Below are positions 20,324 to 30,693 of a DNA stretch of 64,000 nucleotides, piece after piece. Below the pieces are notes generated by a model. The model was not told the DNA's origin and made no database searches. It worked only from the letters and a program-made list of their open reading frames with translations. The stretch is taken from assembly GCA_963829055.1 (NCBI GenBank), contig CAWHHI010000003.1, positions 518,540-582,539 of the forward strand, read 5' to 3'. The DNA comes from an uncultured Gemmatimonadaceae bacterium (GTDB taxonomy: Bacteria > Gemmatimonadota > Gemmatimonadetes > Gemmatimonadales > Gemmatimonadaceae). Every line of letters starts with the position of its first letter. Within the stretch, counting starts at the first letter, position 1. Made by a program: the position numbers and the translations under genes.

Positions 20324-21706
20324 GTGGAGATCGAGTTCGTCGGCGCCGCGCGCGAAGTCACCGGATCGTGTCACGTGCTCCGTGTTGCCGGGAAGACCGT
20401 ATTGCTGGATTGCGGTCTGTTTCAGGGCAAGCGGAACGAGAGTCACGAGAAGAATCTCCGGCTTCCACTAGCCATCGAGGAGATCGATGCCGTGGTGCTG
20501 TCACACGCGCACATTGATCATGCTGGTCGCCTGCCGTTTCTCGTGCGACATGGGTACGAAGGGACAATCTGGTGCACTCCGGCCACGCGCGACCTGTGCG
20601 CCGTGATGCTCGCCGACTCGGCGCACATTCAGGAGAAGGACGCCGAGTTTCTCGCGCGGCGCGGCAAGGAGGCCATCGAGCCGTTGTACTCGATGCGGCA
20701 CGCGACGCGTACGATCGAACTCATGACGGCTGTTCCGTACCGGCGCGCGTTCGATGTCGTCCCCGGAGTTCGCGCGACATTCATCGATGCCGGTCACATT
20801 CTCGGCTCGGCCTCGGTGATGCTGGATTGCACCGAGGGCAACACGACTCGTCGGTTCGTTTTCTCCGGAGACATTGGCCGATCCGGACTGCCCATCATCC
20901 GCGATCCTGAACCGCCTGACGGTGCGGATGTCCTCATCATGGAATCGACGTACGGAAATCGGACGCACGAATCCACCGACGGTGCGCGCGCGCGGCTAGC
21001 CGCCGTCGTTCGCGAAACCGCCGCGCGCGGGGGCCGAGTCCTGATTCCCGCGTTCGCGGTCGGACGGACGCAGGAGCTGGTGTACGACCTGCACGTGCTC
21101 GCGGCGGCGGGCGCGATTCCGTCCATCCCGATTTACATCGACAGTCCACTCGCGATCGACACCACGTCGGTGTTCGAGATGCATCCCGATGTGTTCGATC
21201 ACGGCGAAGATCTCGTTCGAACCGTCACGGACCTGTTTCGATTCGAGCTCGTGCACTACACGCGCGATGTCGAGGCATCGAAAGCGATCTCCAGGACGAA
21301 CGGCCCGATGGTGATCATCGCGGCGTCGGGTATGGCGGAAACGGGACGCATTCTCCACCATCTCGCGCAGGGCGCATCGGATCCGCGGAACACGATACTG
21401 ATCGTAGGATTCCAGGCCGAGCACACGCTCGGGCGCCGCATCGTCGAGCGCCAGCCAACGCTGCGCATCTTCGGTGACGACGTGCCACTACGTGCTCAGG
21501 TCGAGGTGGTCAGCGGATACAGCGCTCACGCCGACAGACAGGAGTTGGGCTCGTGGCTAGACCGAGTGAGCGAGCGATCCCCTGGGCTCCGTCAGGTGTG
21601 GCTCGTGCATGGTGAGCCACCTGCACAGGACGAACTCGCGACAACCTTACGTGCGAAGGGATTCACCGTCGGGTGCCCGTCGCCTCAGGAGCGACACGGA
21701 TTTTGA
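20324..21706 (+). CDS. MBL-fold/beta-CASP ribonuclease
   Basis: GAAREVTGSCH, LSHAHIDHAG, AGHILGS, FSGD, MESTYG, PAFAVGR, SAHAD and LVHGE. Confidence 0.93.
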   Translation: MEIEFVGAAREVTGSCHVLRVAGKTVLLDCGLFQGKRNESHEKNLRLPLAIEEIDAVVLSHAHIDHAGRLPFLVRHGYEGTIWCTPATRDLCAVMLADSAHIQEKDAEFLARRGKEAIEPLYSMRHATRTIELMTAVPYRRAFDVVPGVRATFIDAGHILGSASVMLDCTEGNTTRRFVFSGDIGRSGLPIIRDPEPPDGADVLIMESTYGNRTHESTDGARARLAAVVRETAARGGRVLIPAFAVGRTQELVYDLHVLAAAGAIPSIPIYIDSPLAIDTTSVFEMHPDVFDHGEDLVRTVTDLFRFELVHYTRDVEASKAISRTNGPMVIIAASGMAETGRILHHLAQGASDPRNTILIVGFQAEHTLGRRIVERQPTLRIFGDDVPLRAQVEVVSGYSAHADRQELGSWLDRVSERSPGLRQVWLVHGEPPAQDELATTLRAKGFTVGCPSPQERHGF

Positions 21707-22302
21707 GCACTGCGCCGCGCACGAGTCAGATGGCAGGTGACCGGCGGCTGTCGACGCCGGAGCGCATCCTGTATGCGGCCGCGACGCGAATCGTGGCCGG
21801 AGGCACGGCGAACCTGAGCATGCAGGACGTCGCCGACGCGGCAGGCGTCAGCAAAGGGCTCATCCACTATCACTTCCACGACAAGGAAACACTGCTCACG
21901 CGGCTGATCGAATGGATGACACAGGAATCCATCGATCGAGAGGCCGCGACGTTGGCGCTCAGTGCACCCAAGACCGCGGTGGACGACCTCTGGACCTGGG
22001 TTGCCGGGGAAATCGACCGTGGCCATTTGCGTGTGCTCAACGAGCTCGCGCAGGAGCGGGGGCCGCTGATCAGCGATGCCATTCGACGGTCCGCCCGCGT
22101 GCGCCGGGAGGCCGCGATGGTCACTGTGGACCGCCTGTTTGCTCTGCTCGAGCTGCGTCCGCGGGTTCCGGTTCAGTTGCTCGCGGACGTGATCGTCGCG
22201 TTCATCGACGGGCTCGCGATCCACGCCTCGCTCGCGCCCGACGCGAACCATCGGGTGGCCTTCGACGTCCTCTGGCTCTCCCTGCTCAGTCTCGCGGAGT
22301 AG
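21703..22302 (+). CDS. TetR-family regulator
   Basis: SMQDVADAAGVSKGLIHYHFHDKETL HTH; TTG start overlaps the upstream stop. Confidence 0.9.
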   Translation: MSTAPRTSQMAGDRRLSTPERILYAAATRIVAGGTANLSMQDVADAAGVSKGLIHYHFHDKETLLTRLIEWMTQESIDREAATLALSAPKTAVDDLWTWVAGEIDRGHLRVLNELAQERGPLISDAIRRSARVRREAAMVTVDRLFALLELRPRVPVQLLADVIVAFIDGLAIHASLAPDANHRVAFDVLWLSLLSLAE

Positions 22303-22323
22303 CCGATTGGTTAGTTTCGCCGC

Positions 22324-22941
22324 ATGAAGTCGTCATTGCGTCTCGGCAGTCGTGTTCTGATCGGAGTCATGATTGCCGTGATCGCAACGTGGGTCGCGTC
22401 GGCGGCTGCCGTGGTGGTCTGGGGCACGCGGGACAGGGCACGTGCATCCGACGCGATCGTCGTCCTTGGGGCAGCGCAGTACGTCGGTCGCCCGTCGCCG
22501 GTGTTGCGCGCGCGGCTGGATCACGCGCTCGACCTCTGGCATCGCGGACTCGCCCCGAGGCTGATTGTGACTGGCGGCATGGGCGTCGGGGACACGACGA
22601 GTGAAGCCGCCGTGAGTCGCAACTACGCGCTGCGCCACGGTGTGCCGGATACGGCGATTCTCATGGAGAACGAGGGTCGCACCACACGGGAATCACTCGC
22701 CGCAGTCTCGACCATCATGCACGCGCGGCAGCTGCACAGCGCGATCCTGGTGAGCGATCCGTTCCACATGCTGCGCCTCCGCGTCCTATCGACGCAGTAC
22801 GGCGTGGACGCGTACACGTCACCCACAAAGACGAGTCCCATCTCGGCCAATCGGGGGCAGGCGCTTGGCTACGTGCTGAGTGAGTCGATCAAGGTGCCGA
22901 TGATGATCGTCGCGCATACGTTTGCGCTCGATCAGCCCTAG
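22324..22941 (+). CDS. YdcF/DUF218 family protein
   Basis: DAIVVLGA, LIVTGG, SEA and VSDPFHMLR. Confidence 0.9.
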   Translation: MKSSLRLGSRVLIGVMIAVIATWVASAAAVVVWGTRDRARASDAIVVLGAAQYVGRPSPVLRARLDHALDLWHRGLAPRLIVTGGMGVGDTTSEAAVSRNYALRHGVPDTAILMENEGRTTRESLAAVSTIMHARQLHSAILVSDPFHMLRLRVLSTQYGVDAYTSPTKTSPISANRGQALGYVLSESIKVPMMIVAHTFALDQP

Positions 22942-23006
22942 GTGGCATGGCTGCCACCGCACGCTAGCGCTGCGACGCGAGACCGCCCACCCTACTGCAC
23001 TGCCGC

Positions 23007-23456
23007 ATGATGCACGGTCGGATGCGTTCACCATTCGGGATCGCCGGTATCTCGCACGCCGCAGGCGTCGTGCTATCGGTGGTTGGATCGGCGCGCGCGC
23101 TCGCGGCTCAGGTCATTCGCGAGCCGGTGCTCCTGTTCGAGCCGGGTGTGGTGACCATTAACGCCGCGTCCGCTCCGTTGCCGACGGGCTCATCGACCGG
23201 GCTCAACGGAGAGTCGGACCGTCTCTACGTCAACGACCTCGTCATCCAAGGCGCCGCGCTGTTCCCCATCGGACAGAAATGGATGGCCGACATGGGGTCG
23301 CTCTGGTCACGCCTGACGATTTATGGAATACTCGAGCAGAATCTGACGCCGTCGCGTAACGCCACAACGCAGAAGGTCGATCGGCTCAACCCGACATTTC
23401 TGTACGGCGTTTCGATTCCGATCTGGAGCGCGCGAGATTCCGGTCACGCACCATGA
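23007..23456 (+). CDS. Hypothetical exported protein
   Basis: Signal-peptide-like N-terminus; beta-rich C-terminus FLYGVSIPI. Confidence 0.45.
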   Translation: MMHGRMRSPFGIAGISHAAGVVLSVVGSARALAAQVIREPVLLFEPGVVTINAASAPLPTGSSTGLNGESDRLYVNDLVIQGAALFPIGQKWMADMGSLWSRLTIYGILEQNLTPSRNATTQKVDRLNPTFLYGVSIPIWSARDSGHAP

Positions 23457-24321
23457 GCGCATTGGAGATCCACCGCCAGTACGCGTCGCTCCCGACGTGA
23501 CCAACATCGTTGTGCCCGGCGTCGCGAACGACGAGCAGCTCACCGGGTACGCGTGCTCTCGCGAACAGCTCGCGACCCATCGCCACCGGCACGAGCCAGT
23601 CGCGTTCGCCGTGTGAGATCCAGACCGGCACATCGATCCCGTCGAGGCGCGTACGAGTGTCGTAGTGCACGCGCGCGATGAGCTTCCAAAGCACCTGAAC
23701 GGGGCGCGTGGACACGATGCGCGCCATGTCTCGCGCGGACGTGAACGGCGACTGCAGCAGGAGAGCCGTCACGGACTCCGGATGCGCACCGAGCACCTCA
23801 GCGGCGAGCTCTGTCGCGACGGCGCTGCCGAGCGAATGACCATACACCGCGATCGGCGGAGTCGCGTCGTGAGAGGCAATGCTCGTCGTGCTCGCTATCG
23901 CATGCGCCATACGCCACGCCGCTCGCGCGTCTCGCTGAACGCCGACATACGTCGGCGCACCAGATAGTCCGCCGTACCCACGATACTCCGCGAGCAGGAC
24001 GCACCATCCCGTTCTCCGGGCGAGCTCCTGCCCCCATGCGATCTGCCACGTCGCCAGATCGGCGTTGCCGTGAAAGGCGACCAGTACGCCGCGTGGTGTT
24101 CCGGCCGGGTCAACTCGATAGCCGTACAGCGGCTGGCCGTCGTCGGCGGTGTACTCGACGCGTCGCGCACCCGATGGTGCCGTCGGCGATTCAACAGGCG
24201 GCTGGTATGCAATGCGCTCCTGCTGCCACCACACGCCGCCGACCATCGCGACGAGCAGCATCACTGCGCCGATCACGACGACCGCGACGGTCAGCAACAG
24301 TGCGGTCATCCGGTTACGCAC
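23386..24321 (-). CDS. Alpha/beta hydrolase (ABHD13/17-like)
   Basis: FHGNA, EYRGYG, GHSLG nucleophile elbow, HGERD and AGHND. Confidence 0.9.
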   Translation of the reverse strand: MRNRMTALLLTVAVVVIGAVMLLVAMVGGVWWQQERIAYQPPVESPTAPSGARRVEYTADDGQPLYGYRVDPAGTPRGVLVAFHGNADLATWQIAWGQELARRTGWCVLLAEYRGYGGLSGAPTYVGVQRDARAAWRMAHAIASTTSIASHDATPPIAVYGHSLGSAVATELAAEVLGAHPESVTALLLQSPFTSARDMARIVSTRPVQVLWKLIARVHYDTRTRLDGIDVPVWISHGERDWLVPVAMGRELFARARVPGELLVVRDAGHNDVGHVGSDAYWRWISNALMVRDRNLARSRSESKRRTEMSG

Positions 24322-24368
24322 ACGCCAACGGGGTTCCTCTGAATATTGGGGAGGTACAAGTTACGCGA

Positions 24369-25682
24369 ATGCAAATACCGATCGACACCTTTCGATTGCC
24401 GAACGGATTGTTTGTCACGCTCTCCGAGGACCACACGGCCCCGCTCGTTGCGGTGAACCTGTGGTACCACGTCGGATCTGCGAACGAACGCGCCGGTCGC
24501 ACCGGATTCGCGCATCTCTTCGAGCACATGCTCTTCCAGGGCTCGGCGAACGTCGCGGCGAACGAACATTTCGAGCTCGTTCAGCGGGCAGGTGGAACGC
24601 TCAACGGCTCCACGTGGCTCGACCGGACCAACTACTTCGAGACGGTACCGTCGAACCAACTTGCGCTCGCGTTATGGTTGGAGGCCGATCGCATGGGCCG
24701 GCTGCTGCCCGCGATGACGCAGCAGAAGCTCGACACGCAGCGCGATGTGGTGAAGAACGAGCGTCGATGGTCGGTGGACAACCAGCCGTACGGCACGTGG
24801 TGGGAAAAACTACCGGCGCTGGCGTTTCCTCCGGACCACCCGTTTCACCACTCGCTCATCGGGTCGATGGAAGACCTGTCCGAGGCGAGCCTCGATGACG
24901 TCGCGCAGTTCTTCGCGACGTACTACACGCCCGACAACGCGGTGCTCTCGATCGCCGGTGACTTCGACCCTGACGAAGCGCGTCGGCTGGTCGAGGAGTA
25001 CTTCGGTCCGATCGCGCGTGGGGCCGACCGCCCACCGCTCCCGCCGATGACGGTACCGCCGACGTTCGGAGAGTGGCGGCGCGAGGTCGTGAGTGACGCG
25101 GTGATGCTGCCGCGGCTCTACCTCGCGTTCCGGTCGCCGGTGTTCGGCAGTGAAGCGTACTACGCGGCCAGCGTCACCGGAGCAATTCTCGGCATGCGGC
25201 GTGGCAGCAGGCTTCACCGCACACTGGTGCGCGAGCGACAAGTCGCCGCGGAGGCGACCGCGTTCACGTTCGACCTGCCGAAAGGCAGTGACCTCCTCGT
25301 CATCGACGTCACGGCGCGGCCGGGCGTCGAAGCCGAAGTAATGGAGCGTGAAGTCGCGCGCGAGATCGACGTACTGCAAACCGACGGCGTGACGAGCGAC
25401 GAGCTCGAACGCGCGGTCGCGCTCATCGAAACTGATTTCATCGCGTCGATGCAAGCGGCCGGCGAACGTGCCGACAAGCTCTCCCTATTCGCGACCTACT
25501 TCGGCGATCCTCGACTCCTGAACGAGCAGGTCGCGCGGTACCGGAGCGTCAAGGCGGAGGATGTGAACGCATTCGCGCGCGAGCGACTCGGCGCCGACAA
25601 CCGGGCGAGCCTTCTGTACGTGCCGCGGGATGGAGACGCGGAAACGTCCGACGTGGACACTCTGGCAGCGAGCGGCGCATGA
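24369..25682 (+). CDS. M16 (pitrilysin) peptidase, catalytic subunit
   Basis: LPNGL; GFAHLFEHMLFQGS (HxxEH); VVKNERR. Confidence 0.93.
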   Translation: MQIPIDTFRLPNGLFVTLSEDHTAPLVAVNLWYHVGSANERAGRTGFAHLFEHMLFQGSANVAANEHFELVQRAGGTLNGSTWLDRTNYFETVPSNQLALALWLEADRMGRLLPAMTQQKLDTQRDVVKNERRWSVDNQPYGTWWEKLPALAFPPDHPFHHSLIGSMEDLSEASLDDVAQFFATYYTPDNAVLSIAGDFDPDEARRLVEEYFGPIARGADRPPLPPMTVPPTFGEWRREVVSDAVMLPRLYLAFRSPVFGSEAYYAASVTGAILGMRRGSRLHRTLVRERQVAAEATAFTFDLPKGSDLLVIDVTARPGVEAEVMEREVAREIDVLQTDGVTSDELERAVALIETDFIASMQAAGERADKLSLFATYFGDPRLLNEQVARYRSVKAEDVNAFARERLGADNRASLLYVPRDGDAETSDVDTLAASGA

Positions 25683-27055
25683 CCATCGCTCAAGCCCCAC
25701 GACGACCGACTCCCGGCCCGACGCGGGATTATCGATTCCCGGCGTTCGAGCGCCTAACGCTAGACAACGGTCTCACCGTCGTCGTCGCGCCGGTCGCCAA
25801 ACTCCCGGTGGTGACCGTCATGGCGCTGGTCGATGCCGGCGCCGCCGCCGACCCCCGCGGCCAGGAAGGCGTCGCTCAACTCACGGCGCACGTGCTGGCA
25901 GAGGGAACGGAACGGAGCGACGGTGCGGAGCTCACCGAGCGGTTCGAGCGGCTCGGCACCGCGCTCGACACGAGCGCCGACTGGGACAGCTCCACCATCC
26001 GCATCACCGTCACGCCGCAACGATTGCCCGAGGCGCTGGCGCTGGTCGCGGAGGTGATCCGCACGCCGAGCTTCTCCGAGCGCGAAGTCGAGCGGCTCAA
26101 GCAGGAGCGACTCACTGAGCTGCTGCAGCAGCAGGCCGAGCCGCGCGGGCTGGCCGACGACATGTTCGGACGGTTCGCGTACGCACCAGACTCGCGTTAT
26201 GCGGTTCCCGACGGTGGCGTGGAGTCGACCGTGGCCGCGCTCAACCGTGACGCGGTCCGCGAGTTCTATCGCGCGCGTTATGCACCGCGCAGCACGACGT
26301 TGATCATCGTGGGCGATATCGCCCACGAGTCGGCTCGGGCGCTGGCGAGTGACGCGTTCGGAACGTGGAGCGGCCCGGCCGTGCCGCGGGCGGCCGTGTC
26401 CGACCAACCGGCGACGCGGACGCGAACCATCCATGTCGTCGGGAAGGCGGATGCACCACAGTCGGAGCTTCGTGTGGGGCACGTGGGAGTGCCGCGACTC
26501 CATCGCGATTTCTTTCCCATCGTGGTGATGAATGCGATACTCGGCGGCCTCTTCTCCTCGCGCATCAATCTGAACCTTCGCGAGGAGCACGCGTACACCT
26601 ACGGCGCGTTCTCCTCGTTCGACTGGCGACGTGAAGCCGGACCGTTCACGGTGGCAACCGCGGTGCGGAGCGATGTCACGGATGCGGCCGTGCGCGAGAT
26701 CCTGCTCGAGATCGAGCGCATGCAGACGACGGAGGTTTCGGACGCCGAGCTCACGCTGGCAACGAGCTATCTCGATGGCGTGTTTCCCATTCGATTCGAG
26801 TCGACCACGGCAATCGCGAACGCGCTCGCGAGCCTCGTGTCGTACGGGCTGCCTGACGACTATTTCGACCGCTATCGCGCGAACGTTCGATCAGTCAGCG
26901 CGGGCGATGTTCTGCGAGCGGCGCGCGAGTACCTGCGCGTGGACGAGCTACAGATCGTCACGGTCGGTGATCCGACCGTCGTGCGAGCGCCGCTCGAGTC
27001 GTTAGGTCTCGGAACGGTGCGAGTCTATGACGCCGAGGGCAACCCCTCGGCCTGA
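25679..27055 (+). CDS. M16 peptidase, non-catalytic partner subunit
   Basis: LDNGL; lacks HxxEH; LGGLFSSRINLNLREEHAYTY. ATGA-coupled to the upstream gene. Confidence 0.9.
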   Translation: MTIAQAPRRPTPGPTRDYRFPAFERLTLDNGLTVVVAPVAKLPVVTVMALVDAGAAADPRGQEGVAQLTAHVLAEGTERSDGAELTERFERLGTALDTSADWDSSTIRITVTPQRLPEALALVAEVIRTPSFSEREVERLKQERLTELLQQQAEPRGLADDMFGRFAYAPDSRYAVPDGGVESTVAALNRDAVREFYRARYAPRSTTLIIVGDIAHESARALASDAFGTWSGPAVPRAAVSDQPATRTRTIHVVGKADAPQSELRVGHVGVPRLHRDFFPIVVMNAILGGLFSSRINLNLREEHAYTYGAFSSFDWRREAGPFTVATAVRSDVTDAAVREILLEIERMQTTEVSDAELTLATSYLDGVFPIRFESTTAIANALASLVSYGLPDDYFDRYRANVRSVSAGDVLRAAREYLRVDELQIVTVGDPTVVRAPLESLGLGTVRVYDAEGNPSA

Positions 27056-27310
27056 GGGTGAGCTCGGCATTCACCGCGCGTGGCCAGAGGGTCGCCGCGG
27101 ACGGCCACGAACCGTCGCAACTATCGCACAGCGGCCATTTCGATAGGCCGCTGTGTCGCACGGCATCGACGCTGGGTTAAGCCAGTCATTCCGACTGCCC
27201 TTGGCGTGGTTCGTGTGATCGAAGTCTGTTGCACGCGACTCGGCGATCACCCCTCCTGCGCGATCATGACATCCGCAGCCACGGCCCATGGGCCCCATCA
27301 GGAGCACATC

Positions 27311-27862
27311 GTGAGCGACAGTCCCCGCGTTTCGACCCGTCGAATGTATTCCGGCCGGATCATCAATCTGGACATCGACACCGTGCGCTTTCCCAACGGC
27401 ACGATCGGCGAGCTGGAGATGATCCGTCACCCCGGGGCGAGTGCAGTCGTTCCCTTCCTCACCGACCCTGCCGGCGACGACCCGACGGTGCTCCTGATTC
27501 GCCAGTACCGGTATGCCGCCGAGCGATATCTGTACGAGGTGCCGGCGGGCCGGCTCGACCCGGGTGAAGCGCCCGACGCATGTGCCCGCCGCGAGTTACG
27601 GGAGGAAACGGGTTGTCAGGCGGAGCGTGTCGAACACCTGATCACGATGTACACGACGCCCGGCTTCACGGACGAGAAAATTCATTTGTTCATGGCCACC
27701 GGAATTACCCGCGGTGAGGACGCACGTGAAGCCGACGAGTTCATCGAGACGGAAACCATGCCCTTATCGAGGGCATTGAGTCTCGTGGAACGGGGGGAAA
27801 TTCAGGACGGCAAGACGGCGCTCGCGCTGATGTACGCGGCGGGATTCAAGGCCGGACGTTAG
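27311..27862 (+). CDS. NUDIX hydrolase (ADP-ribose pyrophosphatase-like)
   Basis: HPGA, RQYRY, EVPAGRLDPGE...ARRELREETG and TPGFTDE. Confidence 0.92.
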   Translation: MSDSPRVSTRRMYSGRIINLDIDTVRFPNGTIGELEMIRHPGASAVVPFLTDPAGDDPTVLLIRQYRYAAERYLYEVPAGRLDPGEAPDACARRELREETGCQAERVEHLITMYTTPGFTDEKIHLFMATGITRGEDAREADEFIETETMPLSRALSLVERGEIQDGKTALALMYAAGFKAGR

Positions 27863-28115
27863 CAGTACGACACACAAGTGTCCTCTTCGGTGTCGCCGAA
27901 AGTGGACGATCGACACGTTTCTGACTGTTACACCCTTTCGCTGACAACGTGCTAACACACTGTCACATAGCTTCTTAGGTGATTCCTTCAATCATGCCGG
28001 CTCGGGGCACACCGCGTGCTTTACTACGTGCCCGAAAGCGGGAGGAGGTGCACGATACGAATCACGTTCCGTCAGACTCTGGCATTTCCCGAAGCTATCA
28101 AACGGAGTGAGAACT

Positions 28116-28754
28116 ATGGCTGACGTCGCAATCAAGCGAGCGGTTTCGCTGCCTGGAGCGGCTGTCAGAGAAAGGCTGCGCACGCTGGACGACTCGGCGG
28201 TTGTTACTGCGTTTCTCGGCGGCGAGGAGCGGGCGTTCCAAGAGCTAGTCGAACGTTACCAGACTCGACTATTGAATTTCGTCTATCGGACGATTGGTGA
28301 CAGGGAGAAGGCTGAGGACCTCGTGCAGGAGGTATTCATCCGGGTGCACCGACACCTGCACCGATTCGATCGGTCGAAGAAGTTCTCGACCTGGATCTAT
28401 ACGATCGCGTCGAACCTGGCGAAGAACGAGCTCCGCAACCGCTCGCGGAACCCGTTGGTGCTGTTCCAGACGATCAAGAAGAACTGGCAGGATGAGGAGC
28501 GTCCCCTGCAATTCGAGGACAGCAACTCCCGGCCGGACGACATGTACCGCAAGCGGCATCTCCGCGAGCTGGTCGAAGAGTCGGTGGAGCGACTGCCGGA
28601 GCACCACAAGCAGGTGTTCATCCTTCGCGAGCTCGAAGGGAAGTCGTACGAGGAGATCGCGGAAATCACCGCCTGCAATCTCGGAACGGTGAAGTCTCGG
28701 CTGAATCGCGCGCGGAATTCGTTTGCCGAAATCATCGCGCCGGCGCTGGACTGA
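28116..28754 (+). CDS. ECF sigma factor (RpoE-like)
   Basis: AFQELVERY, AEDLVQEVF, FSTWIYTIASN and SYEEIA...GTVKSRLNRAR. Confidence 0.94.
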   Translation: MADVAIKRAVSLPGAAVRERLRTLDDSAVVTAFLGGEERAFQELVERYQTRLLNFVYRTIGDREKAEDLVQEVFIRVHRHLHRFDRSKKFSTWIYTIASNLAKNELRNRSRNPLVLFQTIKKNWQDEERPLQFEDSNSRPDDMYRKRHLRELVEESVERLPEHHKQVFILRELEGKSYEEIAEITACNLGTVKSRLNRARNSFAEIIAPALD

Positions 28755-28963
28755 GTCGCACTGATCTGGACTGATATCACGGCCCGACGTACAGTCGGTT
28801 GACATAGAAACGACCCCGGCCTGCAGCTCCAGTCGAGCATGGCAGCCGGGGTCGTGTCACGTGTGGGAACCCCTTCCGTGACGCGGCGCACCCCCGTATC
28901 CTGGAACCACGCCTCCACGGGCGGGTACGGTTACGCGGATCATACGTGGGGTTTTTCTCGCCG

Positions 28964-29497
28964 ATGGATTGTCGCGCTTTTCGAAATCAACACGTCGCGT
29001 ACGTCGACGACTTTCTTCCAGGCGAAGCAGTCGTCGCCATGCAGCGCCATCTGCTCGAGTGCGAGCGATGCGCGGCGCATGACGCGAAGATTCGGCGGTC
29101 GCTGTTGCTGTTCCGGAATCTTCCGCCCGTCGAGGCGTCTCCGGATTTCTACTCGCGCCTGAGTGCTCGCATCGAATCCGAGCGTGCGGCGCCGAAGCAG
29201 CCGATGTTCGCCGCCCGCGGCCCGGGCATCGGAATGTTCATGGGCGTTGCCGCGAGCGTGGTGACCGTGGGCTACCTGGCCGCAGCGTCGCTGCACTGGA
29301 CCGCGCCCCGCGGTGATGTGGTGCTCGCACCAGTGGTGGCGACCGAGCCGGCCGTTGTTGCGCCGTCCGTCGAGAATCAGGCGCTGGTCGCATCGGTCTC
29401 GGCGGGTATGCCGGTGTGGCCAATGGTGCTGTTCGCCGAGCAGGCGCCGATGCGGTTTGCGCAGGTGCAGTTCACACGGGCGAGCTGGAAGCGATAG
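28964..29497 (+). CDS. Zinc-finger (ZAS) anti-sigma factor
   Basis: HLLECERC (HxxxCxxC) followed by one TM segment; directly downstream of the sigma gene. Confidence 0.85.
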   Translation: MDCRAFRNQHVAYVDDFLPGEAVVAMQRHLLECERCAAHDAKIRRSLLLFRNLPPVEASPDFYSRLSARIESERAAPKQPMFAARGPGIGMFMGVAASVVTVGYLAAASLHWTAPRGDVVLAPVVATEPAVVAPSVENQALVASVSAGMPVWPMVLFAEQAPMRFAQVQFTRASWKR

Positions 29498-29521
29498 TTG
29501 TAAACGCGATCGACCGTGTCG

Positions 29522-29565
29522 TCCCCGGGATGACTCTCTCAGAGAGCTTCAGCCCGGGGATTTTT
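29522..29565 (+). terminator. Intrinsic terminator after the anti-sigma gene
   Basis: TCCCCGGG...CTCTC-TCA-GAGAG...CCCGGGGA followed by TTTTT. Confidence 0.7.
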
Positions 29566-29603
29566 GCGTCCGTAGCGGGACGCTCGCCTCTATATTAGGC
29601 GCT

Positions 29604-30668
29604 ATGGCTGCCGCGAACGCTCACCGGGATCTGCGCAAGGGAATACAACAGCGCGCCTTCGAGCGAGCCTACTACTTCTACGGCGACGACGAGTATCTGA
29701 AGGACGAGATGCTTCACCAGGTCATCGATGCCGCCGTCGACCCAGCCACGCGTGACTTCAATCTCGACGTCAGGCGCGGCGGCGAGGTCGACGCGGAGTC
29801 GTTGTTGTCGCTGCTATCAACGCCGCCGATGATGGCGGAGCGACGCGTGGTCGTGGTGAGGGACGTGCAGGCGCTCAAGAAGGACGCGCGCGCCGCGTTG
29901 GAGCGCTATCTGGCCGCACCCGCGCCGAGCGTCGTCGACGTCGTTGCGGTGCTCGTCGCCCCAGTCGGTGCGAAGGCGGACAGCGCGTTGTGCACCGCCG
30001 CCACCCCGGTGGCGTTCGAGCCGTTGACCGGCGACCGGGTGCCGAAGTGGATCACGCATCACGTGACGACGGTCCTCAAGTCCACCATCACGCCGAGCGC
30101 GGTGGACCTGCTCATCAGCGCAGTCGGGAACGACCTCCCGCAGCTCGCGGCGGAGCTGGACAAGCTGGCGAGCTACGCGAACGGCGCGCCCATCGATGAG
30201 GACGCGGTGAGCGCCGTCGTCGGCGTGCGGCGCGGAGAGACGTTAGGCGACCTGCTCGACCGCGTCCTCGCGCACGACGCGCCAGGAGCGCTCAGGGTGA
30301 TCGATCACGTCCTCGCTCAGCCCAAGACGACCGCCGTCTCCATCGTGATGGCGCTGACGACCCAGATGCTGGCACTCGCATGGGCGCGGGCGGCGCGGGA
30401 TCGCGGGTTTCCGTCAGTCGGCATCGAGCGGGAACTGTTCAACCTGCTCAAAGAAAGCGGTGGCGTCTCTGGCCGGCCGTGGGGAGAGGCCGTCAGCGCG
30501 TGGAGCCGCGCGTTAGGCGGATGGAGCGCATCGGAGCTCGAGGCGGCGATCGACGCGCTGCTCGCCGCCGACTTCGCGCTCAAGGAATCCCGACTGTCCT
30601 CCGACGAACAAGTCATCGCCTCGCTCGTCCTCACCCTCTGCGGGGCGCCTCGCCGCGCCGCCGCGTAG
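29604..30668 (+). CDS. holA: DNA polymerase III delta subunit
   Basis: YYFYGDDEYL, DFNLD, TPPMMAERRVVVV, VGNDL..LAAELDKL and DFALK. Confidence 0.92.
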   Translation: MAAANAHRDLRKGIQQRAFERAYYFYGDDEYLKDEMLHQVIDAAVDPATRDFNLDVRRGGEVDAESLLSLLSTPPMMAERRVVVVRDVQALKKDARAALERYLAAPAPSVVDVVAVLVAPVGAKADSALCTAATPVAFEPLTGDRVPKWITHHVTTVLKSTITPSAVDLLISAVGNDLPQLAAELDKLASYANGAPIDEDAVSAVVGVRRGETLGDLLDRVLAHDAPGALRVIDHVLAQPKTTAVSIVMALTTQMLALAWARAARDRGFPSVGIERELFNLLKESGGVSGRPWGEAVSAWSRALGGWSASELEAAIDALLAADFALKESRLSSDEQVIASLVLTLCGAPRRAAA

Positions 30669-30693
30669 GCTCGAGGCCTCGACGTACGCCGAG